From positions 288,001-352,000 of the forward strand of contig CAXXGJ010000038.1 in NCBI GenBank assembly GCA_963677895.2: a stretch of DNA of 64,000 nucleotides, read 5' to 3'. The position numbers and the translations under genes are program-made. Numbering within the stretch: position 1 is the first letter of the stretch; each line of letters starts with the position of its first letter. Shown here one piece after another: positions 19,873 to 30,200 of this stretch. The stretch comes from Treponemataceae bacterium (lineage in GTDB: Bacteria; Spirochaetota; Spirochaetia; Treponematales; Rectinemataceae). The notes beneath the pieces were generated by a model that was not told the origin of the DNA, did no database searches, and was given only the letters and a program-made list of their open reading frames with translations.

Positions 19873-20727
19873 ATGAAAAATAAAACCGATGCCTCCCGAA
19901 GGGATACATCGCAGTTCACGCGCACTGCCGTCGTGTCCGGTCTGTTCTATCCCGCGTCCCCGCAGGAACTCGCGCGGAGAATAGGCACCCTGCTGAACGA
20001 AGCGGCCCCTCGGACGGATCGTTGCGCCGCGATCGTCAGCCCCCATGGGAGCATCGATTATTCCGGCGCCATGGCCGCAAGGGCATGGAAGGCGGCCGCC
20101 GATGGCGATATCGATACTATCGTAATCGTGAGTCCTTCGCATCGAAGCTTCGAGCCGGGCATCTTCATGCCGGAAGCGCACGATTTTTCCGTTCCCACCT
20201 GTACTTTCCAAGTCGACAGGACCGCGGTCAAGCAGCTGCTTCATTGTAGCACAAGCCTCAGCCTCAGCGATATTCCCCATTTCGAGGAACACTCGATCGA
20301 AATGCAGCTTATCTTCGCCGCGCATTGTTTTCCCAAGGCCCTGATCCTGCCCATCATCGTCTCCGGCGCCGACGACCAGACGCTCGATGGGCTTTTCTCC
20401 AATCTGCGATTCATACTGGGCGGACGCCTGGAATCGACCCTTTTCGTGCTCACCACCAATCTGGCCGTCGACGAGGACGCCGTGGCCTGTCTCAGGCGGA
20501 GCGGCGCCATCGTGGAATCCATCGAAAAAAGGGCGATGGAGGAGCTGCGCGCATTCTGCGATTCGGCTCCTTCTTTCTGCGGAGGCAGGATAATTGCCGG
20601 ATATATGCGTTCGGCGCTTTCCTCGGGAACCAAGCCGCTCCTCTACGGGCTGAGCAGCTCGGCCGTTCTCGCCGAAGCGGGCGAACCTATCGTCGGCTAC
20701 GCCGCAATGGGCTTTGCGAGGATATAG
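19873..20727 (+). CDS. amrB: AmmeMemoRadiSam system protein B (MEMO1-like), divergent
   Basis: R..VVSGLFYP, SPH, SPSH, EEHSIEMQL, FCG, VGYAA motifs. Confidence 0.8.
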   Translation: MKNKTDASRRDTSQFTRTAVVSGLFYPASPQELARRIGTLLNEAAPRTDRCAAIVSPHGSIDYSGAMAARAWKAAADGDIDTIVIVSPSHRSFEPGIFMPEAHDFSVPTCTFQVDRTAVKQLLHCSTSLSLSDIPHFEEHSIEMQLIFAAHCFPKALILPIIVSGADDQTLDGLFSNLRFILGGRLESTLFVLTTNLAVDEDAVACLRRSGAIVESIEKRAMEELRAFCDSAPSFCGGRIIAGYMRSALSSGTKPLLYGLSSSAVLAEAGEPIVGYAAMGFARI

Positions 20728-20729
20728 CC

Positions 20730-21341
20730 ATGGATCTAGTCTTATCGCTCGATGAGAAGCGCGCGTTATGCGCCATCGCCAGGGAGAGCATAGAAGCGCG
20801 CCTGTTTCATAGGGCTCAGGCGATGCCCGCCTCGGGGAAAGGCTTCCGCCGGCGCGCGGGCGCCGCGGGGTCTACGGGTTCCGCGGTATCCGCGGGAGCC
20901 TTCGTGACGCTGCATGAAAACGGACAGCTTCGCGGCTGTATCGGCCGCATGCGCAGCGAATTGCCGCTCGACGAGACCATAAGCGAGATGGCTCAGGCCG
21001 CCGCCTTCGAAGATCCCCGCTTCGACCCGGTCAGCCGCGCGGAAATCGCCGACATCACGATAGAGATCACCGTGCTGGGCATTCTGCGAAAAATCGCCTC
21101 CGCCGAAGAAATCGTCGTGGGGAACCATGGAATCTATATCATCGCGAGAGGAAGGTCGGGAGTCCTCCTCCCCCAGGTCGCCACGGAATATGGATGGAAT
21201 CGCCTGGAATTCCTGGACCATGTATGCCTCAAGGCGGGGCTTCCACCAAGGGCATGGCAGGATGCGGATACGCAGCTTTTCATATTCGAGGGAATCGTGT
21301 TCGGCGAAAGCGATCCGGAGATATCAGGGTTTTCTGGCTGA
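20730..21341 (+). CDS. amrA: AmmeMemoRadiSam system protein A (AMMECR1 domain)
   Basis: GAFVTL..NGQLRGCIG, AAFEDPRF, GVLLPQVA, CLKAG; start reassigned to ATG 20730, 2 nt after the amrB stop. Confidence 0.9.
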   Translation: MDLVLSLDEKRALCAIARESIEARLFHRAQAMPASGKGFRRRAGAAGSTGSAVSAGAFVTLHENGQLRGCIGRMRSELPLDETISEMAQAAAFEDPRFDPVSRAEIADITIEITVLGILRKIASAEEIVVGNHGIYIIARGRSGVLLPQVATEYGWNRLEFLDHVCLKAGLPPRAWQDADTQLFIFEGIVFGESDPEISGFSG

Positions 21342-22481
21342 TCCTTTGAGCATTTTCTTGATCTTCTTGAACCAGAACAGGCGCAAGGCTTCAGCCTTTC
21401 TGAAGAGGTCATAGCCAAGGGGCAGCAGGGGATAATCCACGCATCCGACGCGATGCACGATTTTTCCGCCAAAACCCGTCTTGAAGAAATAAAGTCCCGC
21501 CATCGGATGGTGGGGATCTTCGTCGGGCGGAATTCCGAAAAAATCATAGTCGACGCAGCCTTCCGCTTTGGCGGCCTGGATGGCCTTCCACTGTAGACCG
21601 TAGGCAGGCATCAGGTTGCGTTTTTCGCCCGAGGAAGCGCCGTACAGATAGGTCGCGTGTCCGCCCTGGAAGAGCGTGATGATCGAGGCCAGAGCCTCTC
21701 CCTCATGTCGCGCCACCCAAACCGAAAGCTTGGGAGAAAGCGAATCCGACGATTCATCGGCGTCTTTGGCCGTGGCAAAAAGGTTTTCATAGTAAGCCAG
21801 GGGGTGGATGGCAATGCCGTCCCGCTTCGCCGTTTCCAGATAGAGGGCATAGAATTCACCCAGCGCCGCGGCGCCTTCCCTGCTTATTACCACGCCCTTC
21901 TTTTCCGACAGCTTGATGTTGTAGCGCCACTTCGGTTTCATCTCCGAAAGGATTTCATCTTCCGGTCTTCGCAGGTCGAGGAGGACGGTATCCGGCACCT
22001 GGACCGCCGTACCCCGCCTCAATTTCCCCTCGCCCTTCCCTATTGCGTCGAGAAGGAGCCTGCCAGCGGCGCCTTCTCGATCCCAAGCGAGGTCGAAGCG
22101 CAGAAAGAGTATCTTTTCCTTTATGGCGGCCGCTATCGTCGCGGCAAGGGATTCGAGATAAGCCGAAGGAGCGGAAATTTCGGGAGTCAGAACCGGAGCG
22201 TGAGGAACATAGGCGAAGCTGAATCCAAGCCTAAGCGGGCGGACGAGAACGACGATATCGCCGTCGCCCTTTCCGTCCGCCGCGGCCGCGCGATTCCCTT
22301 CAGGTTTGCCGCCGGGAAAAGTATAGACCTTCCAGCCCGTCCTTTCCTTGAAACGGGCCCAGAAGGAGCTCTGCATGAAACTCGGGCTTAGGCTTAGGCT
22401 TAGGCTGGGGCTCGGACTCGGGCTCGCGGAGCTCTCGTCGCCGCTGTCACCATCTGCCGCCGGCAAGGTTTTTTCGTCCAA
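21324..22481 (-). CDS. femX: FemABX-family peptidoglycan bridge aminoacyl (lipid II:glycine) transferase
   Basis: FMQS.FW..FK, KPKWRYNIKLSEKKGV, YLYGAS, YDFFGI, FKTGFGG; start uncertain (TTG, followed by an SP/SL dipeptide stutter). Confidence 0.85.
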   Translation of the reverse strand: MDEKTLPAADGDSGDESSASPSPSPSLSLSLSPSFMQSSFWARFKERTGWKVYTFPGGKPEGNRAAAADGKGDGDIVVLVRPLRLGFSFAYVPHAPVLTPEISAPSAYLESLAATIAAAIKEKILFLRFDLAWDREGAAGRLLLDAIGKGEGKLRRGTAVQVPDTVLLDLRRPEDEILSEMKPKWRYNIKLSEKKGVVISREGAAALGEFYALYLETAKRDGIAIHPLAYYENLFATAKDADESSDSLSPKLSVWVARHEGEALASIITLFQGGHATYLYGASSGEKRNLMPAYGLQWKAIQAAKAEGCVDYDFFGIPPDEDPHHPMAGLYFFKTGFGGKIVHRVGCVDYPLLPLGYDLFRKAEALRLFWFKKIKKMLKGSARKP

Positions 22482-22483
22482 AA

Positions 22484-24859
22484 TCAGCCGATCTCGCCGT
22501 CGAGCACGGTCTGGAGCTTGAGCGGATTGCCGTCGACGCTGAGACGGGCGGAACCTGCCTGGGCATAGCCGGACTTGGCCGCCAGCGGTACGGAGAAGAA
22601 AGCGTCCACGTCGATCTGGGCTTCGGCGGGACCTTCGGCTTTCATCCCTTCAAGCGAGACGGGCGTTCCCGGCGCGGCCCAGGGAGCGCTCAACACCTCC
22701 ACCGCTTCCTTGCCGTCTGGTCCGGAAAGCGATGCAGCGAGAAGCATTCCCTTCGACTCCACACCTCGCAGTTTCGCGGGCTTCAGGTTGTCGACGAGGA
22801 TGATGTGCTTGCCGAGGAGTTCCTCTTCTTTATAGAAAGGCACGAGGCCGGATACGATCACGCGTTCTACGCCGGAGCCGTCGTCGAGGGTTTCAATATA
22901 GAGCTTGTCCGCCTTGGGATGGCGTTCTATCTTGACGATTTTCGCCACCTTAAGGGCGATGAGCTTAAGAAAGCGCTGCTCCACGGGCAAATCCGCGTAG
23001 GGTATAGCCTTGGGAGCCGGTGCTTCCTTGGCGGCGGGCGCGTTTGCAGCGGCCGCGTTTGCTGCGGACGCGTTCACAGCGGCCGCGGGCTTGGCGTCAG
23101 GGGCAGGTGCCTTGGCGTCGGGGGCTGGTACCTTCACGTCAGAGACCGGCGCCTTCGCGTCGCCTGCCGCTAAATCCCTGTCGGCTCTTTCCTTCTGCGA
23201 GCCCGAATAGCGCTCGCGCAGGGTCGCGATATATTTTTCATCCAGCTTGGCGAACAGCACGTCGGGTGTCTTCACTTCCGAAAGCCCCTCCGTCTTGCCG
23301 AGGACGGACCAGTCGAGGCCGCCTTGGCCCAGTTTCTGCCCAAGCATCGCCGCGAGCTTTTCGGCGGCGTGGGGCATATAGGGCTGGGTGAGCACGGCGA
23401 TGTCCCTGAGGATGTAGCAGAGGTCCGACACGAGGGAGGCCGCCGCTTCCGGATCGGAAATCCTGGTTTTCCACGGCGCGCCGTCCTGGAAACGCTTGTT
23501 CGCGATATCGGACAGCTCGAAAATGGCGCGGAAGGCTTCGCGCAGGTCAGCCCTCTCCAGGGAAGCGGTGATTCTCGCCTCGATCTCCTTCGCCCTTTCC
23601 CAGAACTCCGCATCGGGCTTGCCTGCGGGGATCGCTCCCTCGTAGTAACGCGAGACGAAGGTCAGGGTGCGGTTGGCCAGGTTGCCGAGGTTGCCGATGA
23701 GTTCGCCGTTCACTTTTTCCAGGAAATCGGACCAGGTGAAGGTGTAGTCCGAAGTCTCGGGTCGGTTCCAGAAAATATAGAATCGCCACACGTCGGCCGG
23801 GATGCCGGTCTCCATGACGTCGGTGCCGAAAACGCCGATTCCCTTGGATTTCGAGAACTTGCCCGATTCATAGTTCAGGTATTCGCTCGACGACATGTGG
23901 TGAAGCATCGTCCAGTCCCGTCCGGAGCCCAGGAGGCTGGAGGTGAATATGACTGTATGGAAGGGAATGTTGTCCTTGCCGATGAACTGGAAGAGGTCGA
24001 CGTTCTCGGGATTCTGCCACCAGGATTTCCAGTCGAAGCCCTTTTCGGCCGCGAGTCCCGCCGTCATCGAAATGTAGCCGATGGGGGCGTCGAACCAGAC
24101 GTAGAATACCTTGTCCTCGTAGCCTTTCAGGGGAACGGGAATGCCCCATTTCAGGTCCCGGGTGATGGCGCGAGCCTTGAGGCCGTCCCTCAGCCAGGCC
24201 TGGGTCATCTGGACGGCGTTGTTGGACCAGAATCCCTTCTCGCTCGCTTCCCTGATCCAGGGTTCGAGCTTGGGCTTAATGGCCGGCAGGTCGATGTAGA
24301 GATGCGTCGTGGCCTTGAGATGAGGCGTGGCGCCGCAGCTGGAACATTTGGGGTTGATGAGCTCGGTAGGCTCGAGAAGCTTGCCGCAGTGCTCGCACTG
24401 GTCGCCCCGGGCACCGTCGTAGCCGCAGGAGGGACAGGTTCCTTTGACGTAGCGGTCGGCCAGGAACCTTCCGCAGGAATCGCAGTACAGCTGTTCTATG
24501 GTCTGGCTTTTTATGTAGCCGTTCTTTTCGAGATCGAGGAAGATCGATTGCGTTATGGCGGTCTGTTCTGGCGCCGATGTGCGCCCGAACTTGTCGAAGG
24601 AGATGCCGAACCATGAATAAATATCGCGGTGGAGGGCGTGGAATCTGTCACAGAGCTCGCGGGGAGTAATGCCCTCTTCCTGCGCCTTCGTCTCGGTGGC
24701 GGTGCCGTATTCGTCGGTTCCGCAGATATAGAGGGTATCGTAGCCCCTCAGGCGGCAGAATCTGGCGAACACGTCGGCCGAAAGTACTTGTATGAGGTTC
24801 CCCAGATGGGGGACGTTGTTCACATAGGGCAGCGCCGAAGTGATTAGTCTGCGTTTCAT
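22484..24859 (-). CDS. metG: Methionine--tRNA ligase with C-terminal tRNA-binding OB domain
   Basis: TSALPYVNNVPHLGN, Zn knuckle CxxC motifs, YVWFDA, KFSKS, Trbp111-like C-terminus after an Ala/Pro/Lys linker. Confidence 0.97.
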   Translation of the reverse strand: MKRRLITSALPYVNNVPHLGNLIQVLSADVFARFCRLRGYDTLYICGTDEYGTATETKAQEEGITPRELCDRFHALHRDIYSWFGISFDKFGRTSAPEQTAITQSIFLDLEKNGYIKSQTIEQLYCDSCGRFLADRYVKGTCPSCGYDGARGDQCEHCGKLLEPTELINPKCSSCGATPHLKATTHLYIDLPAIKPKLEPWIREASEKGFWSNNAVQMTQAWLRDGLKARAITRDLKWGIPVPLKGYEDKVFYVWFDAPIGYISMTAGLAAEKGFDWKSWWQNPENVDLFQFIGKDNIPFHTVIFTSSLLGSGRDWTMLHHMSSSEYLNYESGKFSKSKGIGVFGTDVMETGIPADVWRFYIFWNRPETSDYTFTWSDFLEKVNGELIGNLGNLANRTLTFVSRYYEGAIPAGKPDAEFWERAKEIEARITASLERADLREAFRAIFELSDIANKRFQDGAPWKTRISDPEAAASLVSDLCYILRDIAVLTQPYMPHAAEKLAAMLGQKLGQGGLDWSVLGKTEGLSEVKTPDVLFAKLDEKYIATLRERYSGSQKERADRDLAAGDAKAPVSDVKVPAPDAKAPAPDAKPAAAVNASAANAAAANAPAAKEAPAPKAIPYADLPVEQRFLKLIALKVAKIVKIERHPKADKLYIETLDDGSGVERVIVSGLVPFYKEEELLGKHIILVDNLKPAKLRGVESKGMLLAASLSGPDGKEAVEVLSAPWAAPGTPVSLEGMKAEGPAEAQIDVDAFFSVPLAAKSGYAQAGSARLSVDGNPLKLQTVLDGEIG

Positions 24860-24927
24860 AACTCAGCACAATATCCACGCCATAAGGGGGTGTCAAGAAT
24901 GCGGGTGCGTGATACTATTATTGCGAT

Positions 24928-25218
24928 ATGGTCGTATCCATGCTTCTGCTTATCGTGGAGCTGCCGGAAACCACGAGCATCAAAGACAAGCGCAAGGTGA
25001 TTTCCGGGATGAAAAGCAGGATGCAGAGGAAATTCCGGCTTTCCTGCGCGGAAGTCGATCTCCAGGATTCGCTCGGCTTCGCCGAAATCGGCGCGGCGAT
25101 CGTATCCAACTCCCAGACCTTCGGGGAGAAGGTTCTAAACGAGGCGGTGAGGTTCGTGGAGGACGGTTTCCCCGTGAACATCTATGAAGCGCAAATTCAT
25201 TCCGAGGTATATGACTGA
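24928..25218 (+). CDS. DUF503 (YlxP-like) protein
   Basis: LP..TSIKDKR..I..MK......F.LSCAEVD.QD pattern. Confidence 0.85.
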   Translation: MVVSMLLLIVELPETTSIKDKRKVISGMKSRMQRKFRLSCAEVDLQDSLGFAEIGAAIVSNSQTFGEKVLNEAVRFVEDGFPVNIYEAQIHSEVYD

Positions 25219-25237
25219 CATTATGAAAGGGGACACG

Positions 25238-25870
25238 ATGATTTCCAAAAACTGCAGGGCCGTCCTTGGCTGCCTCGCCATGATGATTCTGATGACTTCC
25301 TGCGTCGGCATCGATACGAAGGTCAAGATTTCGGAGAATGGTTCGGGGAAAGTCACCGCCGAGTACAGGCTTTCCGAGGAACTTGTCTCCTTCGGGGAAC
25401 TGGAGGCCAACAAGGCCATGCTTCCCGTCCCGCTGACGAGGGCCGATGTAGAGAACAGCCTCAGGGGCGTAAAGGGATTGGCGCTGGATTCGTGGTCCAG
25501 CAGAAAGGATGGCACGGACCTCCTCATCAAGACCGTGATATCCTTCGACAGTCTGGACGCCTTCATGCGCTATCTGGATCCTAAGGGAGAGCTCGCGAAG
25601 CACAGCCAGGACTCGAGCGGGCACCATATCGTCTTCACCGTGGGCGAGAGCCTTCCCACCTTCGATGCCGACATGAAGCAGATCGCCCAGGAAGCCTTTG
25701 CCTCCTATACCTTCAAATTCGCCGTCGAACTGCCCTCGCCCATCAAGGAAGCGACATCACAGCATCCGGCCGTCGCGGTGCGGCAGGAAGGCAATACGGC
25801 GATCTTCGAAGGGCAGATGAAGGACATTGTCGCGAGCGAAATCCCCCCGTCAATGAGGCTTTCCTGGTAG
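25238..25870 (+). CDS. Hypothetical lipoprotein
   Basis: ATG after AAAGGGGA; lipobox LMTS|C followed by 'VKISENGSG'. Confidence 0.65.
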   Translation: MISKNCRAVLGCLAMMILMTSCVGIDTKVKISENGSGKVTAEYRLSEELVSFGELEANKAMLPVPLTRADVENSLRGVKGLALDSWSSRKDGTDLLIKTVISFDSLDAFMRYLDPKGELAKHSQDSSGHHIVFTVGESLPTFDADMKQIAQEAFASYTFKFAVELPSPIKEATSQHPAVAVRQEGNTAIFEGQMKDIVASEIPPSMRLSW

Positions 25871-27019
25871 GAATTTTGCCCTTACAAGTTTGCCGGCACC
25901 CTTTCTGCCTATTTCCTGCGCCACCCTGCGCACTTCCTCCGATTTGCCGTTTTGGGGCGCGAAGAGCTGGCCTTGGAGACAGGCGCCTTTCTGGAGCCTG
26001 TGCAGACCAGCGCCTACGAGACGCAGGGGATTTTTTCCGTCCCAATTCCTGTCGAGCAGCATGATCGCGTCGTCGTAGATTTCGTCGGCGGAGGAATAAG
26101 GTTCCGCTTTCGTGCACTGCCGGGAGATCGACGAGAAATCGCCGAAACGAAGCTTGAGGTCCAGCGTGCAGGACCAGGTTCCTTCATCGCACATCCGGGC
26201 CGCCAGATCGTCGGCGAGCATGCGCAGTACGTCGCACACCGCTTCCCTGTCTGTGGTATCCCTCTCGAACGTGCGCTCGCCGCTCATCGACTGCGACTTG
26301 GTCTCGCCCGAAAAAATTCCAGGATCCTCGCCCCTCGCCGCGGCGAAGAGAAATGCCGCGCCGGCCTTTCCGAACTTCGACTCCAGAATGGAAAGCGAGA
26401 TTTCCTGAAGTCCGGCTATCGTGGTAATTCCTATATCCTTCAAGGATTTTCTGGTTTTCTCGCCGGCCCCCCATAATTTTTCCAGAGGGAGCGAACTCAT
26501 GAACTCCATTTCGGAGCCCTCGGGAACAAAGACGAATCCATCGGGTTTCCGGATTCCCGAAGCGATCTTCGCCACATATCGGTTGGCGCTTGCGCCTATC
26601 GAAACGGTCAGCCCCGTTTCATCGAAAATATTTTTCTTTATCGCAGCCGACGCGCTCTCCGGTCCGCCCCATAGGCGTTGGGTTCCCGTCATGTCGAGCA
26701 TGGCTTCGTCTATGGAAATCTGCATGGTGTCGGGAGTGAAACCCGTCAGAATGTTCATTATTTGCCGGGAAACCTCCGAGTATCGCCGCATCCGTACCGG
26801 AAGATAAATGCCTTGGGGACAAAGCTTGAAAGCCTGGGAAATGGGCATGGCGGAATGCAGGCCGAACGCTCTGGCCTCGTAGGAACAGGTCGAAACTACG
26901 CCGCGATGTCCCGGCGCCGCGCCGACTATCAGCGGTTTTCCCTTATATTCGGGATGGTCGCATTGCTCCACCGAGGCGAAAAAAGCGTCGAGGTCGACGT
27001 GGAAAAATATATGCTTCAC
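25850..27019 (-). CDS. dinB: DNA polymerase IV
   Basis: HVDLDAFFASVEQ, SYEAR.FG, ISIDEA, KIAS..RKPDG. Confidence 0.95.
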   Translation of the reverse strand: MKHIFFHVDLDAFFASVEQCDHPEYKGKPLIVGAAPGHRGVVSTCSYEARAFGLHSAMPISQAFKLCPQGIYLPVRMRRYSEVSRQIMNILTGFTPDTMQISIDEAMLDMTGTQRLWGGPESASAAIKKNIFDETGLTVSIGASANRYVAKIASGIRKPDGFVFVPEGSEMEFMSSLPLEKLWGAGEKTRKSLKDIGITTIAGLQEISLSILESKFGKAGAAFLFAAARGEDPGIFSGETKSQSMSGERTFERDTTDREAVCDVLRMLADDLAARMCDEGTWSCTLDLKLRFGDFSSISRQCTKAEPYSSADEIYDDAIMLLDRNWDGKNPLRLVGAGLHRLQKGACLQGQLFAPQNGKSEEVRRVAQEIGRKGAGKLVRAKFLPGKPH

Positions 27020-27095
27020 GCAAATATCATGTACCCGACGAAGCTGTTTAAGTCAATGGCGAAGGGCTGGATCGCATAACGCCATCCGCGCTTTC

Positions 27096-27124
27096 TTGAC
27101 ATAGAGCTTTCTTTCTATTAGTTT
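27096..27124 (+). promoter_or_regulatory. Putative sigma70 promoter of ppdK
   Basis: TTGACA-N17-TAGTTT. Confidence 0.55.
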
Positions 27125-27209
27125 ACTCCAGTGTGATTTGAACTAAGCAAATCGCTTTTCATGCGAAGCATTGCTTCGCGATTCATTTTCCTTTCGGAGG
27201 ATATGCCTA

Positions 27210-30200
27210 ATGGCTAAAAAGAAATTCGTGTACGCGTTTGGAAGCGGTATCGCAGAGGGCGCCGGAATGAGCAAAGACATTCTCGGCGGCAAAGGCGCCG
27301 GACTCATGGAGATGACCAAGATCGGTCTTCCCGTTCCCGCCGGCTTTACGATCAGCATTCCCTCCTGTGAGGAGTATTTCAAGGCCGGACGCAAACTCCC
27401 GAAGGCGATCGTCGACGAAGTGAAAACCGCCGTCATAAAGCTGGAAAAAATGGTCGGCAAGAAACTCGGCGATTCCAAGGATCCCCTCCTCGTCTCCGTC
27501 CGCTCAGGCGCGGCGCGCTCCATGCCCGGCATGCTCGAGACTATCCTCAACCTCGGCCTCAACGACGAATCCGTTCAGGGTCTCGCCGCCGTCACGAATA
27601 ATCCCCGTTTCGCCTACGACAGCTACCGCCGCTTCATCCAGATGTATTCCACCACGGCCATGGGGCTTTCCAAAGAGCCTATGGAAGAAATGCTAAGCGA
27701 GATGAAGAGCAAGCTCGGATTCAAGAACGACACCGAACTCAGCGCCGACAACCTCAAGGAACTCTGCGAGGAATTCAAGGCGTTTTATAAGAAAAACAAG
27801 AAAGATGATTTCCCGCAGGATCCGATGGAACAGCTCTGGGGCGCCATCGACGCCGTCTTCAATTCATGGGAAGCGGACAAGTCCGTAACCTACCGCCGCG
27901 TCGAGAAAATCACCGACCTCAAGGGCACCGCCGTGAACGTCGTGCAGATGGTGTTCGGCAACAAAGGCGACAACTCCGGCACCGGCGTATGCTTTACCCG
28001 CGACCCCAACTCCGGCGAGAACGTTTTCTACGGTGACTGCCTCATCAACGCCCAGGGCGAAGATGTCGTCGCGGGAATCCGCACGCCCATGAAGCTCGCC
28101 GAACTCGGCACCAAGCTTCCCAAGGCTTACAAACAGCTACTCAAGGTCCGTAAGACCCTCGAGAAGAACTTCAAGGAAATGCAGGACCTCGAGTTCACGA
28201 TTGAGGACGAGAAGCTCTACATGCTTCAGTGCCGCACCGGCAAGCGCCTTCCCTCCGCGGCCTTCAAGATCGCGGTGGATATGGTCAACGAAGGACTCAT
28301 CACAAAGGCGGAAGCCATTTCCCGCATAAGCCCCGAGCAGATCGAGGGCGTCTTCTATCCCATCATCGACGTCGCCGCCACCGGCGCCGCCAGGCTCAAG
28401 GAACTGAAGCTCGCCACGGGCATCGACGCCGTCCCCGGCGCCGCCGCGGGCAAGCTCGTGTTCAACGCCGCCGACGCCGAAGCCATGGCTCTGGCCGGCG
28501 AGAAGACCATTCTCATCCGCCGCGAAACCAGCCCCGAAGACGTCGGCGGCATGTTCGCCGCCCAGGGCATCCTCACCGCGACTGGCGGCAAGACATCCCA
28601 CGCGGCCGTCGTGGCCCGCGGATGGGGCAAGTGCTGCATCGTCGGCTGCGAAGCCCTCGATATCGACGAGAAGGCCAAGACCGTAAAAGTCGGCGGCAAG
28701 ATTCTCAAACAGGGCGATGAAGTGACCATCAACGGCACCACCGGCGACGTATTCATCAGCGCTCTCCCCCTGAAAAAGCCCGAACAGACCAAGGAATTCA
28801 AGACGCTGCTTGGCTGGTGCGACGAAATTCGCACCCTCAAGGTCCGCACCAACGCGGACACGCCCCACGACGCTCAGAAGGCTGTCGAGCTCGGCGCCGA
28901 AGGCATCGGCCTCTGCCGCACCGAACACATGTTCTTCAAGGATTTCAAAGTCCCCGCCAATTCGGAAAAGCGCCAGCTCGCCATCCAGGAAATGATCATC
29001 GCCGACGATGTCGAAACCCGCAAGAAGGCGCTCGCCAAGCTCCTTCCCTTCCAGCAGGGCGATTTCGAGGGCATCTTCGAGGCCATGAACGGCAAGCCCG
29101 TCACCATCCGCCTCATCGATCCTCCCCTTCACGAGTTCACGCCCAAAGATGACGCGGGCGTCGACAAGCTCGCCAAGATCACCGGCAAGACCCCCGAATT
29201 CATAAGGATGCGCTGCGACCAGCTCCATGAGTCCAACCCCATGCTCGGCCACCGCGGATGCCGCCTCTGCATCACCTATCCCGAGATTCTCGACATGCAG
29301 GTGACCGCCATCATCCAGGCCGCCGTCAACATGGAGAAGAAGGGCATCAAAGTGCTCCCCGAGATCATGATCCCCCTCACCATCGACAAGAAAGAGTTCA
29401 AGATCCTCGCCGATCAGACGAGGGGCGTGGCCGATCCCATCATCGCCAAGGCAAAATCCAAGATCACCTACATGGTCGGCACGATGATCGAGATTCCCCG
29501 CGCCGCCCTCCTCGCCGACGAGATCGCCGAGGAAGCGGAATTCTTCTCCTTCGGGACGAACGACCTCACCCAGATGACCTTAGGCCTCTCGCGCGACGAC
29601 GCCGGCCGATTCCTCCCCGATTATGTTAAGGCCGAGAAAGAAGGCGGAAAAGAGATCTTCGCGAACGATCCTTTCGTAAGCATCGACCAGGCAGGCGTGG
29701 GCAAGCTCGTGAAAATGGGCATAGCCGGCGGCCGCTCGACGCGCAAGAATCTCAAGGTTGGCATCTGCGGAGAACACGGCGGCGAAGCCAAATCCGTCAA
29801 GTTCTGCCACGCCGCGGGAATGAACTACGTTTCCTGCTCGCCTTTCCGCGTGCCTATCGCCCGCCTAGCGGCCGCCCAGGCCGTGATCGAGGAAAAAGCC
29901 GCTGCCAAGGCCGTCAAGACTGTAAAAGCGCCGGCTAAAAAGGCAAGCTCCGCCGCCAAAAAAGTCGCCGTGAAAGCGGCCGACGTCAAGGCAAAACGCG
30001 GCAGACCGGCCGCCAAAGCCGAAAAAGCCATGGCCCCGGCCAAGGCATCGAAAACCCTCAAGGCAGCCAAAGTCTCCAAGACCGGCGCAAAACCGGCGGC
30101 GAAAGCCCCCGCCAAGAAAGCCATTGCCAAGAAAGCCGCTGTCCGAAAAACCCCCGTCAAAGCGGCGGTTAACGAGGTTAAATCGACTCGAGGAAGAAAG

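Noticed and set aside
27020..27095. LexA/SOS box upstream of dinB
   Set aside because: No CTGT-N8-ACAG or GAAC-N4-GTTC palindrome visible.
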